Origin: Macrostomum hystrix | Taxonomy: Eukaryota > Animalia > Platyhelminthes | NCBI GenBank assembly: GCA_950097015.1 | Contig: CATNEN010000034.1 | Span: 124,001 to 188,000, forward strand | Length of the DNA stretch: 64,000 nucleotides | Reading direction: 5' to 3' | Part shown: in pieces, positions 1 to 10,930 of the stretch | Layout of the letters: each line of letters starts with the position of its first letter | Position numbering within the stretch: the stretch's first letter is position 1 | The notes under the pieces: model-generated | Database searches by the model: none | What the model was told of the DNA's origin: nothing | Seen by the model: only the letters and a program-made list of their open reading frames with translations | Program-made: the position numbers and the translations under genes

Positions 1-103
1 CAAAAAGGTCTTCAGCGCGCCCACACAAGCTTTCATTCATTAAAACAGATCACCTTTCCTTAAGTGTTTCTGCTGCAGCTGAACAAAGAAAGCCTACAAT
101 ACC
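1..103 (+). promoter_or_regulatory. Core promoter/5' UTR of alpha-tubulin copy 1, duplicated upstream of copy 2
   Basis: The stretch TCAGCGCGCCCAC..AGCTTTCATTCAT..AGATCA.CTTTCCT.AAGTGTTTCTGCTGCAGCTG is conserved at about 6675-6755. It contains an Inr-like TCATTC. Confidence 0.5.
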
Positions 104-1468
104 ATGCGCGAGTGCATCTCCATTCACATCGGCCAAGCCGGTGTTCAGATCGGCAACGCCTGCTGGGAGCTCTACTGCCTAGAGCACGGTATCCAGCCAG
201 ACGGAATGATGCTAGCGGGCAGAGAGAAGTGCGACGACTCAGCTGAAACCCTGTTCTCTGAGACAAGCTCTGGTCTGCACGTTCCTAGAGCATTGTTAGT
301 CGACTTAGAGCCGACTGTGGTTGACGAGGTCCGCACGGGTACCTACCGACAACTGTTCCACCCGGAGCAACTCATCTCTGGCAAGGAGGATGCAGCTAAC
401 AACTACGCACGCGGACACTACACTGCTGGCAAGGAAATCATTGGCAACGTGCGCGAGGTAGTGTCACGAGTGGCGGAGAACTGCAGCAGTCTGCAAGGTT
501 TCTTCGTGTTCCACTCCTTTGGCGGTGGCACTGGTGCCGGCTTCACTTCACTGCTGATGGAAAAACTGGGTACCGAGTATGGCAAAAAGGCCAAGCTGCA
601 GGGTTCCATCTATCCCGCTCCTCAGATCTGTAGTGCAGTGGTGGAGCCTTTCAACTCCATTCTCTGTACAAACGGCACGCAACGGCACTCGGACTGTTCG
701 TTCATTATGGACAACGAGGCTATCTATGATATCTGCAAAAAGAACTTGGACATTGATAGGCCAACGTACACCAATCTAAACAGGCTGATCGCTCAAGTCA
801 TCTCTTCAATTACTGTCTCTTTGCGGTTCGAAGGTTCATTGAACGTAGACATCACTGAGTTCCAGACGAACCTCGTGCCTTACCCGAAGATCCACTTCCC
901 TCTTGCAACGTACGCACCGATTATCTCTACCGAGAAAGCCAATCACGAGATGCTCAAAGTCCGAGACATCACCAACGAATGCTTCGAGTCGAAAAGTCAA
1001 CTGGTGAAGTGTGACCCGCGACACGGAAAATACATGGCCTGCTGTCTGCTGTACCGTGGAGATGTCTCTTCAAAGGATGTCAACGATTCCATTCAAAAGA
1101 TTAAGAGCAAACGCGATATCCAGTTTGTGGACTGGTGTCCTACAGGCTTTAAGGTAGGCCTAAACTTCCAGCCTCCTACCGTCGTACCTGGAGGCGATCT
1201 GGCGAAGGTGCCCCGAGCGCTCTGCATGCTAAGCAACACCACTGCAATCGCAGAGGCCTGGGATCGACTGGCATACAAGTTCGACCTAATGTACTCCAAA
1301 CGAGCATTTGTTCACTGGTACGTCGGAGAAGGTATGGAGGAAGGAGAGTTCGCCGAGGCACGCGAAGAGCTGGGCTCCATGCAAAAGGACTACGAAGAGG
1401 TCGGTGTGGACACTGTTGAAGGCGAGGAGGAAGAGGTCGAAGAGATGGATAAGGAAGGTTCGCAGTGA
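104..1468 (+). CDS. TUBA: Divergent alpha-tubulin, intronless, 454 aa
   Basis: MREC start, GGGTGAG tubulin signature, [11 protein letters not shown] (catalytic Glu), [20 protein letters not shown], acidic tail ending EGSQ. Confidence 0.97.
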   Translation: MRECISIHIGQAGVQIGNACWELYCLEHGIQPDGMMLAGREKCDDSAETLFSETSSGLHVPRALLVDLEPTVVDEVRTGTYRQLFHPEQLISGKEDAANNYARGHYTAGKEIIGNVREVVSRVAENCSSLQGFFVFHSFGGGTGAGFTSLLMEKLGTEYGKKAKLQGSIYPAPQICSAVVEPFNSILCTNGTQRHSDCSFIMDNEAIYDICKKNLDIDRPTYTNLNRLIAQVISSITVSLRFEGSLNVDITEFQTNLVPYPKIHFPLATYAPIISTEKANHEMLKVRDITNECFESKSQLVKCDPRHGKYMACCLLYRGDVSSKDVNDSIQKIKSKRDIQFVDWCPTGFKVGLNFQPPTVVPGGDLAKVPRALCMLSNTTAIAEAWDRLAYKFDLMYSKRAFVHWYVGEGMEEGEFAEAREELGSMQKDYEEVGVDTVEGEEEEVEEMDKEGSQ

Positions 1469-2689
1469 ACGAAAATGTCAAATGCGATATGTCTGGACTC
1501 TTCAAAGGACATCATTGAAAAGTAGTAAAAAAGTTGTAAATACTCGTACATTATGTCTGACTTCTACCGGAAAACTTTGAGATAGCTATTTTGGCACATC
1601 AATTACGTGCTGCTTTAGGAAGCTCTTTTATTTATTTTTATTATTACTGTGACTACATGAATGCGTCGCTACAAGTTGCCAGTATGGCATCTATTTTATG
1701 TCTACTTTTCGTTTTCTGTTTTTTTACTCAAAGAAGCACTTTTGCTTTTCAATCTTGCGTCACCTTTACTTTAGCCTATTTTGCAATATGAATTGAATCC
1801 GGTTATCCCCTCAACAGGTGCATAGTTTTATCACTTGTGCCAAATAGAAATACTTGTCATAACACCTGCACTTTATGTAAAATATGCTTAGAATGCAAAG
1901 CATAGTTCGCCTATACGTAAATTAGAACAACGGGTTGAGCTTTTCATGCTTAGTTTAAAAATATCTGAGTGTTGAATTCTATAAAAAAATCGATATCAAG
2001 GAGTCTAAGTTATACAGCAAGGGATGCACATAATAGTCTTGGCTCCTCGCTGGGGGACATTGGTCTTTATTGCTATAATTGGAGAACAATGTTATCTGCT
2101 AAAGGGGGACACTTTTTCGCAGCTAAAAGGAGATATTGTGCTGAATCCCTGCCCAATAAATAAGGAACTCCTGTCCAAAAATGCAGGATCACAGAAGAGT
2201 GGGCTACACTGTTGTTTTGAACTTCGATTTTTCGCGTACCTATCTGGTGACTCATGATCTCACTGAGACATTCTCATTATGTAGCCCACTTCTATGTAAG
2301 CGGGTACAAATCCCTATTAGGAGATGATTGAGTTTGCATCATTTGCTATGGAAGCCCAGTACTGTATGCTTCCCTTAAGTTATTTGAAATGTAGAGGCAG
2401 CTTGCCAAGTTCTGATAGGGCACCATTACTGTCTGTGTTCTGACTACACTAGCCTATTAATAGCCTAGCAGTTCTTAAAGTTGATCCACTCAAAAAGGCT
2501 TCAATCCATGGTTTCAGGCTCTACCGCCTCACGATTCCACGTACGCCTCAAGATCACTTCAGAGTAAGCTTGCCGCGCACTAAACGTGAGGCTTCTTTTT
2601 CTTTGTCCGGCGAACGTGCGCCGCTGGTCAAGAGTGGTCTAGATAGGCGACTGTTGTCAAAGTCAGTTATTAGTGCGATTCGAAGCCCT

Positions 2690-4520
2690 AAAGGTGGATA
2701 CCCGGGGCACAAGGGGTTAGACCGCCACCGCGTTCTCCTCACCCTCGTCAGGCAAGGGCTTGACCACGAGGTGGTCGACGGGCCTTGGGAGAGTCCCATA
2801 GGCCGCCACTCTGGAGCACCTCACGATCCTGCTCTTCGGGAATAAGATGCGTCATCTCAACAACAGCTACGCCTACTGACCACCGGTCCGGTCCGCACAT
2901 CAGCCAGAGACAGCAGGCTGCATACTGATAGGTGGCGGGACCCGCTCACCGATTCTGATGCAACAGGTGAGGAGCTTGAAGACTGGATGATCAACCACAG
3001 CTAGACGACCTTGAACAACGGAAGCCCAACACGTTTGAGCCCAGGAGGAGCTGAATCGACACGGACATCTCTCTGCCACGCAAAGTTGTCCAGCCGTGTC
3101 AGCTGGTGCGTCAAAGGCCACGGGGTCGGATCACCTACCTGTACTGCTTATTTTTGCGTTCACGCAACCGAAAGGCAGCCGCCAACCAGCGTGCGGTTAT
3201 GTCCAGCGGACATAAACAGCTCCGTGACTGGTCGGCCGATGCTTTCGGGTCGATAGAGGCAGCCAACATCGACTTCTGCAGCCGCCTCACTCCGCTGCCA
3301 GCTGCATTCCACGTGCGAGCGTCAAAAAGACCAAGAGCTGGTGGAATGACAACTGCTGTACAGCACAACGGGCCACGCGTGAGACGCTCGCAGTCTTGCG
3401 GGCTGCCCAGGGCGACGAGGACGCGGCAGCGGCCTGCCGCACAGCTCCTGAGACTACTGAACGACTCTTCAGCCAGGCAGCCTGGCAGCAGTTTGTCTCC
3501 GGCTTGTCGGCTCGCCCGCCAGAATCCAAAGTGCTCCTGGACACGCCGCTTCAGCGGGGCGAAACGACAGCAACTTGGGGCAGGGAGAAAGCGCACCTGG
3601 CGAAAAGAACCCACACGTCCGGCTGCCGCCCCCTTCCCCGCTTGGCTTGCTGCTGTGTGTGAGGTGCCCGTGTCCAGGGGTCTAGATGGCGCGATGGGCG
3701 ACTCCCGCCTAGTTCGCCGGCCTGGGGGCATGCCGTTCCTGCGCTTGTGCGTCAATTAGTGCCCCAGGCCCCCTACAATTAAGTAAAGTAAGAGCTGAGA
3801 GTCTCCTCAGCGTGGCGCACGGCCATTATTTGTCCCATTGCCAAGAAAGACAAGCGACCCACAAGCCTACTACCGTCCAGTCTTGCGGCTGAAATGTGTA
3901 GGCAGGACCTCGAGTCCATGGTCAACAGTCGCATGAAAGCCTCGGCCGAGGAGAACGTCTTGATCGCCGAGGAGCAAGCAGGCTTCCGAGCGGGTCGCTG
4001 CACCATCGATGCCGTGGCCTAGCTAGCTCAACCTGCGTTCGACTCTCTACAGACACGGCCAATGACCAGGAGCTTGCTAGCCAACTTCGACTTTCTGGCA
4101 GCATTCGATCGCACTATGCGCCTTTGGTTTCGCACGAACTCGCTTGGGTAAGTGCAACGACCGGCTGCGGTGGCATCAATCGTTTCTGGCTGACAGCCGC
4201 GCCTGGGGGACACAATTCAGTTGGCTTTAAGTCTTGAAAGAAGGCGTGCCGCAATGCAGTCCGCTCTCACCTCTGCTCTTCTACATCGCCACTTGAACCC
4301 TGCCGAGAGCCATTTAAGTGTCGGCCCACCCAGTACGCGGACGACCTCACTTGGAAGCTACTGATTTGGCAGCGGGGCCCAGGAAGCCTGGACATCAGAG
4401 GCAGCATCCCGACGGGACGCCTAAGCTGCTCAACGACAGCGGAGGCCGCTGCGGCCGCGGCTGGTCTCGAGCCGACCCTCGCCAATCTTCAAAGACGCCC
4501 CAGCATGCCTGTCTGGCTCT
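2690..4520 (+). pseudogene. Degraded non-LTR retrotransposon ORF2 (AP endonuclease + RT)
   Basis: Broken frames spell LTLVRQGL, GEELEDWMI, LNNGSPTR, GSDHLPVL (APE), then EEQAGFRAGRCTIDAV, DFLAAFDR, GVPQCSPLSPLLFYI, YADDL (RT). Multiple stops and frameshifts. Confidence 0.85.
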
Positions 4521-4544
4521 TGTTTGTCTCCAAGACCACGCAAC

Positions 4545-5480
4545 GGCTCAGGCGTCTATGTTACTGGAGCAGCTCGCCACCGACCACCGGTTCACTGTCA
4601 TCTGGGTGCTGCGGAGGCTAAGCCACGCTTTTTCAAGGCCAGGCCGGTCCCCTACGCGCTCCGAGAACGCGTAGACGACGAGCTCCGGCGGATGGAGGCG
4701 GACGGCATCATCACGCCAGTCAAGTACTCGGACTGGGCGGCGCCCATCGTGCCCGTGGTTAAGAAGAACGGTGCAGTGCGGATCTGTGGAGACTATAAGC
4801 TGACCTACAATGCGGAGGCCACGCCAGAGCTGTACCCGCTGCCGCGCATCGAGGACCTGTTCGCCAAGTTGGGCGGCGGCGGCAAGTGGTCCAAGCTGGA
4901 CATGTCAAACGCCTTTCTGCAGCTGCCCCTGTCTAAGGACAGTAAGATCTTTTCGACCATCAACACGCAGCGAGGTCTGTTCCAGCTGAGCCGCATGCCA
5001 TTTGGCATCAACTGCGCCAGCGCCGTGTTCCAGCGCACGCTCGACTCTCTGCTCGGTGACCTGGAGTCGGTACAAGTCTTCGTTGACGATATCCTGGTGA
5101 CAGGCAGGACTCTGCAGCATCATCGCGAGAATCTCACCAAGGTCCTTCAACGCCTCCAGGTGAACAGAGGGCAGAGGGCACTGTCGTGTCCGCCGGGTCC
5201 CGCAACTGCGCCGTCGACGTTCGCGGAACCATCCACCGGCGGCACACCAACCAGCTGCTGTCGGCCGCCCTCCCACCGCCGACAACTCCCGTGACCCCGC
5301 CAGTAGTCACAGCCAAGGCACCGTCAACCTTGGCGGAGCCTGGCGGTCACGACATTGAGGCAACGACAGTCGGGGCAGCCGCCGACGCTACCGACGCCGC
5401 CAACGCTAACGCATCCCCGATGGGCACACCAGCTCGACGCTACCCGCTACGGCAAAGGCGACCACCCGAGCGTAACAGAA
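4545..5480 (+). mobile_element. Internally deleted Ty3/Gypsy pol relic (Mag/K02A2.6-like)
   Basis: PRFFKARPVPYA, WAAPIVPVVKKNGAVRICGDYK, LDMSNAFLQ, FVDD. Near 5160-5180 it joins directly to the post-integrase tail (GPRNCAV, HRRHTNQL, RYPLRQRRPPER). No LTRs seen. Confidence 0.85.
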
Positions 5481-5717
5481 GTAAAAATATTTTTTCCTTT
5501 TTCTTAAAGTAGCTCTATGATTTCACAACGCAAGCACATAAGTTCACACACCCTCCTTCGCATTGTCAATATTTGCAGGTGATAAAACATTTGACTGGCT
5601 TTACTTTTATAGAAAGTTTTTTAGCAATGCCTGAATTATTGAACTGGAACAGAAACGTCAGGAACTGCGGGCTGGTCAGAGTCTGACATCATGGACGATG
5701 AGTTGGAGGTCAAACTA

Positions 5718-5975
5718 ACTAAACGCAGCCTCAACGGCCACGAGTAGCCCAGAGGACAGGGGGGAGCGTCAGATCGCGCGCCTGAGGGCCAGCGACCGAA
5801 ACCGCGTCACGGTGTCCGCTTGGTCGGGGGCGTCCATCAGCAGCCGGTCGATGTAGCGAGCCATGCGACCCTGCCTACGCCTGCGCGGTCCCTGCAGCGT
5901 CAGCAGCAGAACGTCCTGCAGCGGCTCCGGGCAGTAGGCTTCCGCCCGAATCACGTGCCCGGCCAGCCGCATGTA
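5718..5975 (-). mobile_element. 3' end fragment of an RTE-like LINE
   Basis: RLAGHVIR...LLLTLQGPRRRRQGR..YIDRLLMD resembles an RTE ORF C-terminus. A (TTAG)-type tail is on the minus strand at about 5720-5733. Confidence 0.65.
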
Positions 5976-6779
5976 ACAAGACTTAACATTCTCTGCTGAA
6001 GCACCGCCTTGCTTCAGGTGAAGTCAAACCTGCTTCAGGAACTCGGATAAATCTTGTAAACTGTGTCAGCCACATGCGTAATGCTGCTCATCTGGTGATC
6101 TTGATGAGCGGTGGACCCAAATCATCGGCATAAAAACCCTCTCTAGCACCAGAACTGTGGTACCTTCTATTAGTATCCTTTAGTTGTTTATTGACTTATT
6201 GAGCAGCGTTCCGCCTGCTCTGCCGCCATGTGCTGCTGAATTTGCTAATCGGAGGTACATAATACCTTGTGCTTTGCCAACCAACTCGATTAATCAACTC
6301 GATTTAACTTGCAATTCGCTCTAACATATTTATTTTCCCTCCTCACTATAAAATGACTTTTCCATGACCATCGTTTTATCACGATGACCCCTAAATTATT
6401 GGGTCTTTAAACTGAATTTATAGTACTCGTGATTTTGCGCAAAGTCAAAAGTGCAAACCAGATTTCAAAATGATAACCTTTAATTTTCGACTTTTATGTA
6501 AGAATCACATAGCTCTTATTCACTGCTGCATATTTGAATTGAAAGTCCACAAAAGTCACATCATTAGTCTAGGGTCAAGGCTGAAAAACCCGCGAGGTCT
6601 AGCCCCCGAGGGCCGTTATATGCCATAGACACATTTCTAGCCCTGTAACCGACGGACAGCCAAGGGTCCTAAAGAACTCGTCAGCGGGCCCACTCGAGCT
6701 TTCATTCATCAGAGCAGATCAACTTTCCTCAAGTGTTTCTGCTGCAGCTGCACAAGCTCGATTTGCCCCCGATCAGATC

Positions 6780-8150
6780 ATGCGCGAGTGCATCTCCATT
6801 CACGTCGGCCAAGCCGGTGTTCAGATCGGCAACGCCTGCTGGGAGCTCTACTGCCTGGAGCATGGTATCCAGCCCAATGGCGAGTTGATGCCCGGCTTAG
6901 AGAATTGCAAAAGTTCCGCTGATACTTTCTTCTTAGAGGCCGGCAATAGTCTCTACGTTCCGAGGGCACTTTTTATTGACCTGGAGCCGACAGTGATTGA
7001 CGAGATCCGTGTTGGGGCCTACCGACAACTGTTCCACCCGGAGCAACTCATCTCTGGCAAGGAGGATGCAGCTAACAACTACGCACGCGGACACTACACA
7101 ATCGGCAAGGAGATCATTAACAACGTGCGCGACGTCATTAATCGAGTGGTGGAGAACTGCAGCAGTCTGCAAGGTTTCTTCGTGTTCCACTCCTTTGGCG
7201 GTGGCACTGGTGCCGGCTTCACTTCACTGCTGATGGAAAAACTGGCTACCGAGTATGGCAAAAAGACTAAGATTCAGAGCTCCGTCTATCCCGCTCCTCA
7301 GATCTGCACTGCAGTGGTGGAGCCTCTTAACTCTATTCTGTGCACGTATAGTACGATCCGGCACTCCGAATGCTCATTCATTATCGACAACGAGGCTATC
7401 TATGACGTCTGTTTAAAAAACTTGGACATCGATAAGCCATCCTACACCAATCTAAACAGGCTGATCGCTCAAGTCATCTCTTCAATTACTGTCTCTTTGC
7501 GGTTCGAAGGTTCATTGAACGTAGACATCACTGAGTTCCAGACGAACCTCGTGCCTTACCCGAAGATCCACTTCCCTCTTGCAACGTACGCTCCATTTAT
7601 TTCGGCCGAGAAAGCTAACCGCGAGCAGCTCAAAGTCCGCGAAATCACAGATGCCTGCTTTACGCCATCAAATCAACTGGTGAAGTGTGACCCGCGACAC
7701 GGAAAATACATGGCCTGCTGCCTGCTGTACCGTGGAGATGTCTCTTCAAAGGACGTCAACGATTCCATTCAAAAGATTAAGAGCAAACGCGATATCCAGT
7801 TTGTGGACTGGTGTCCTACAGGCTTTAAGGTAGGCCTAAACTTCCAGCCTCCTACCGTCGTACCTGGAGGCGATCTGGCGAAGGTGCCCCGAGCGCTCTG
7901 CATGCTAAGCAACACTACTGCAATCGCAGAGGCCTGGGATCGACTGGCATACAAGTTCGACCTAATGTACTCCAAACGAGCATTTGTTCACTGGTACGTC
8001 GGAGAAGGTATGGAGGAAGGAGAGTTCGCCGAGGCACGCGAAGAGCTGGGCTCCATGCAAAAGGACTACGAAGAGGTCGGTGTGGACACTGTTGAAGGCG
8101 AGGAGGAAGAGGTCGAAGAGATGGATAAGGATGGTGCTGATGGTGAATAA
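6780..8150 (+). CDS. TUBA: Divergent alpha-tubulin, intronless tandem paralogue, 456 aa
   Basis: Same alpha-tubulin motifs as copy 1, offset 6676 bp; tail ends DGADGE. Confidence 0.97.
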   Translation: MRECISIHVGQAGVQIGNACWELYCLEHGIQPNGELMPGLENCKSSADTFFLEAGNSLYVPRALFIDLEPTVIDEIRVGAYRQLFHPEQLISGKEDAANNYARGHYTIGKEIINNVRDVINRVVENCSSLQGFFVFHSFGGGTGAGFTSLLMEKLATEYGKKTKIQSSVYPAPQICTAVVEPLNSILCTYSTIRHSECSFIIDNEAIYDVCLKNLDIDKPSYTNLNRLIAQVISSITVSLRFEGSLNVDITEFQTNLVPYPKIHFPLATYAPFISAEKANREQLKVREITDACFTPSNQLVKCDPRHGKYMACCLLYRGDVSSKDVNDSIQKIKSKRDIQFVDWCPTGFKVGLNFQPPTVVPGGDLAKVPRALCMLSNTTAIAEAWDRLAYKFDLMYSKRAFVHWYVGEGMEEGEFAEAREELGSMQKDYEEVGVDTVEGEEEEVEEMDKDGADGE

Positions 8151-8769
8151 ACTACATCAATAAAGTTTTGAGACATTATGCGTAAACAATTCTTTTTGCA
8201 GATCAGACAAAGTTCGATGCACTGTCGCCTTCACTTCAATATAGATTTTTTATGTGCAATGGCTTTCCTTTTTTTAACTGGTCTGAAGTTAAAGACCTTT
8301 TTTCGTTTTTTTGTTAAAAGTTGCTGACATCTTTGAAATATAAAAAGCATGTTGTCTCAAATACAAAGAATATTTGTTTCGATTCAACCACTATAAGATT
8401 TATCTAAAACTTTCGTTGTCTTTCCGAATCATTTACTAAACGCTTAAATTCTCATAACTGCCGCAGTGCGTTGGGAGCCATTGGAGAGAATATCGTCAAG
8501 CCGTCAGTATAGACGGCTCTGATGTTTTTATGAAGAATCTGGACCAATTTATCTGCAGCATCTGAAGAATTATCCAGGCATCTTAATTGCCTGCAGCCCT
8601 GCGCTGCGAAGCAGTTTAGCCGGAGCTGTTATCGCGGTTGTAGCCCGTGCTGGATGCGTACCTGTTGCCCGATTAGAACAGGCTCTAGCCCTATCGCGGC
8701 ACCGTGGCGCAGATGATCCTAGCTCTTCATCGAGTCACCGAGGCAGCACGCATCCGTCAGTTACCCTCA

Positions 8770-9700
8770 TCCTGATCTTAATTTCTTTTAACGACTCGGT
8801 GTTAAATGGTCACGCCCATCAGTGCTTCGCGCTTACAACCAGAGCAGCTGGTTTCTGCGTTATGGCGACGTACTACGACACGAAGGCTGCTATAATGACT
8901 CCGGACGGACTATTGAATCCATTTGAAAAATCCTTCGGAGTGCTCCAAGGAAACACACTGGCGCCGTTCCTGTTCTTTGGACTTCGACTGGGTATAATTG
9001 CGTAGACTAACGACGACGGTTTTCTGCTACGGCGACGCGTGGGACGCGCTCAGCGTGGGCGCGCTCAGCGTGCTTGGTTTCGCCGACAATTTCGAGATGC
9101 TGTCCTCGACTGTCGAAGGTGCCCACCGGCAGGTGGACAAGCCTGATGCGAGCATGCCCTGTTGGTCAACACGCAGACGACCGTCTCGCTCTGCGTGAAG
9201 GGCGACACCGAGTGCGCAATCTTCTGCCGATGCGCTTACGGGCAAGGTGAAGAAACTCACGCGCTATCAGCGATTCGCCTAACCTCGGTCGTCTGGTGCC
9301 GGACGTCCGCCGACGATCTGTCGGCGCCACCGCGGGCTTGCCTAGGCAGCATTCCACTCTGTCAGGGCCATCCTGCAGTTTGTGTAGCCCTACCGACAGA
9401 GGGCGGCGCTGTTCCTGGCTGTAGTCGGGACTGTCCTGCTTGTCGACAAGCAGGACAACACCGAGAGGTAGAACCTGACAGAGGCGCTGGAGTGTCAAGT
9501 CGATGAAGCACACGCTTGAAGCGCCTGCTGCGTGTTGTCTTTAGAATAAACTCTGACGAGTACACCACCACGCCGTACTTTATTGCCGCGCCGGCCTTGC
9601 CCGCCCAAGCGACCTACTGCGCCGTCAGCGACAACAGCTGGAAGGACACCTGATCCATGCCGAGGAGTACTGCCCCTAGCCTGTGCTGGAGGTGCTGCTG
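8770..9700 (+). pseudogene. Degraded RTE-like LINE reverse transcriptase
   Basis: Broken frames: TPDG...GVLQGNTLAPFLF, LSVLGFADNFEMLS, LFLAVVGTVLL, LKRLLRVVFRI. Confidence 0.75.
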
Positions 9701-10930
9701 CTCACGCCGCAGGCCCCCTTTTTGCGGGGGCATGAGCGAACACGGTCGTACATCTGCCCAGGTGTTAGCCAAATCTACGGCTTTGTAAATTTGTACATTT
9801 TCATTTTAGGCCAATATAACATTCCCTTACTTTTCTATTTCCAAACGTCGTTGTGATTGAGTAGTTAAGAGTTTTAAGATATTCAATTTACTATAAGAGC
9901 ACTATGAAGTCGGTTTAATTTTGTCAGCTTTCATTTATCGATATACTTATCTACATAGTAAGAATGGCATTAATATATATATAAATGCAAATATATTTAT
10001 TTAAAAGCTTTTTATATTTGCACTTAGAAATAGGTGCGTCGACTTTGTTAGTATGGCATGCTCTAGTGAAGCTTTAAATATCTAGAATTTAAATGAAGTT
10101 TTATCGTTGATTTATATATATATTAACCTTCAATTAATTCTCACTTCATCATTCATGTAATATCACCGTTGATTCCTAAATTAGTATAGCTATAGAGTAC
10201 AAATGCATGTAAAATTTATAACGAAACATGAAAGTTTAGTACTAGGCTTTTGAATTGGTTTATCTAAACTTTAATAATAATAACAATTTATTAACTTGCT
10301 AAATCTTTTGTTCTGCAAGATAATTGATAGTTCACCGATGTTAAAACAGACAAGACGGAGCATTATTAGTTAGTTCATTTGCAATACTATATGTTAGACA
10401 ATTTAATAAATTCTCTTTCTTTAATGGAGAAAGTATCTTTATAGTGATACCTAGGCAGCATTAAAATCTTCGTCAAGTCAAATCCTGAGTTAGAATACTT
10501 TATAATTTTTTCCAGAACTGTTTATTGTAAGTTATTCATAGGCCTAGTCTATTTTGTAATTTTATGTATAGATTAGAAAGTATATTACGTAGGTATATAT
10601 AAAGATATTTTAACAATATATTAGATGTATATAAATATATGCAGTTTTTGATTGCTTTCCTTAATTCTTAAAAATCTTTCTGCACTACTTAGAAATAAAT
10701 TAACTATGCCAATGCTAGATAGTCATTTCAGTTTTTATATTTTTCTATAACTTGTCTTTAATGACAACCGAAAAATATTATAGTTTTAATGGTAGCATTT
10801 TTTGTCTTATCAGTTTTGTAAAATGCAAATTTAGCTCAAAGGAAGTTCATTTAAAATATTAAACTCATCAAGCAAGCACTATCTATATACCATTTTGCGT
10901 AAATATTTCAGTATATTATATTGCTTTACA

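Noticed and set aside
3106-3759. 217-aa and 206-aa overlapping ORFs
   Set aside because: They are off-frame or antisense readings of the GC-rich LINE relic.
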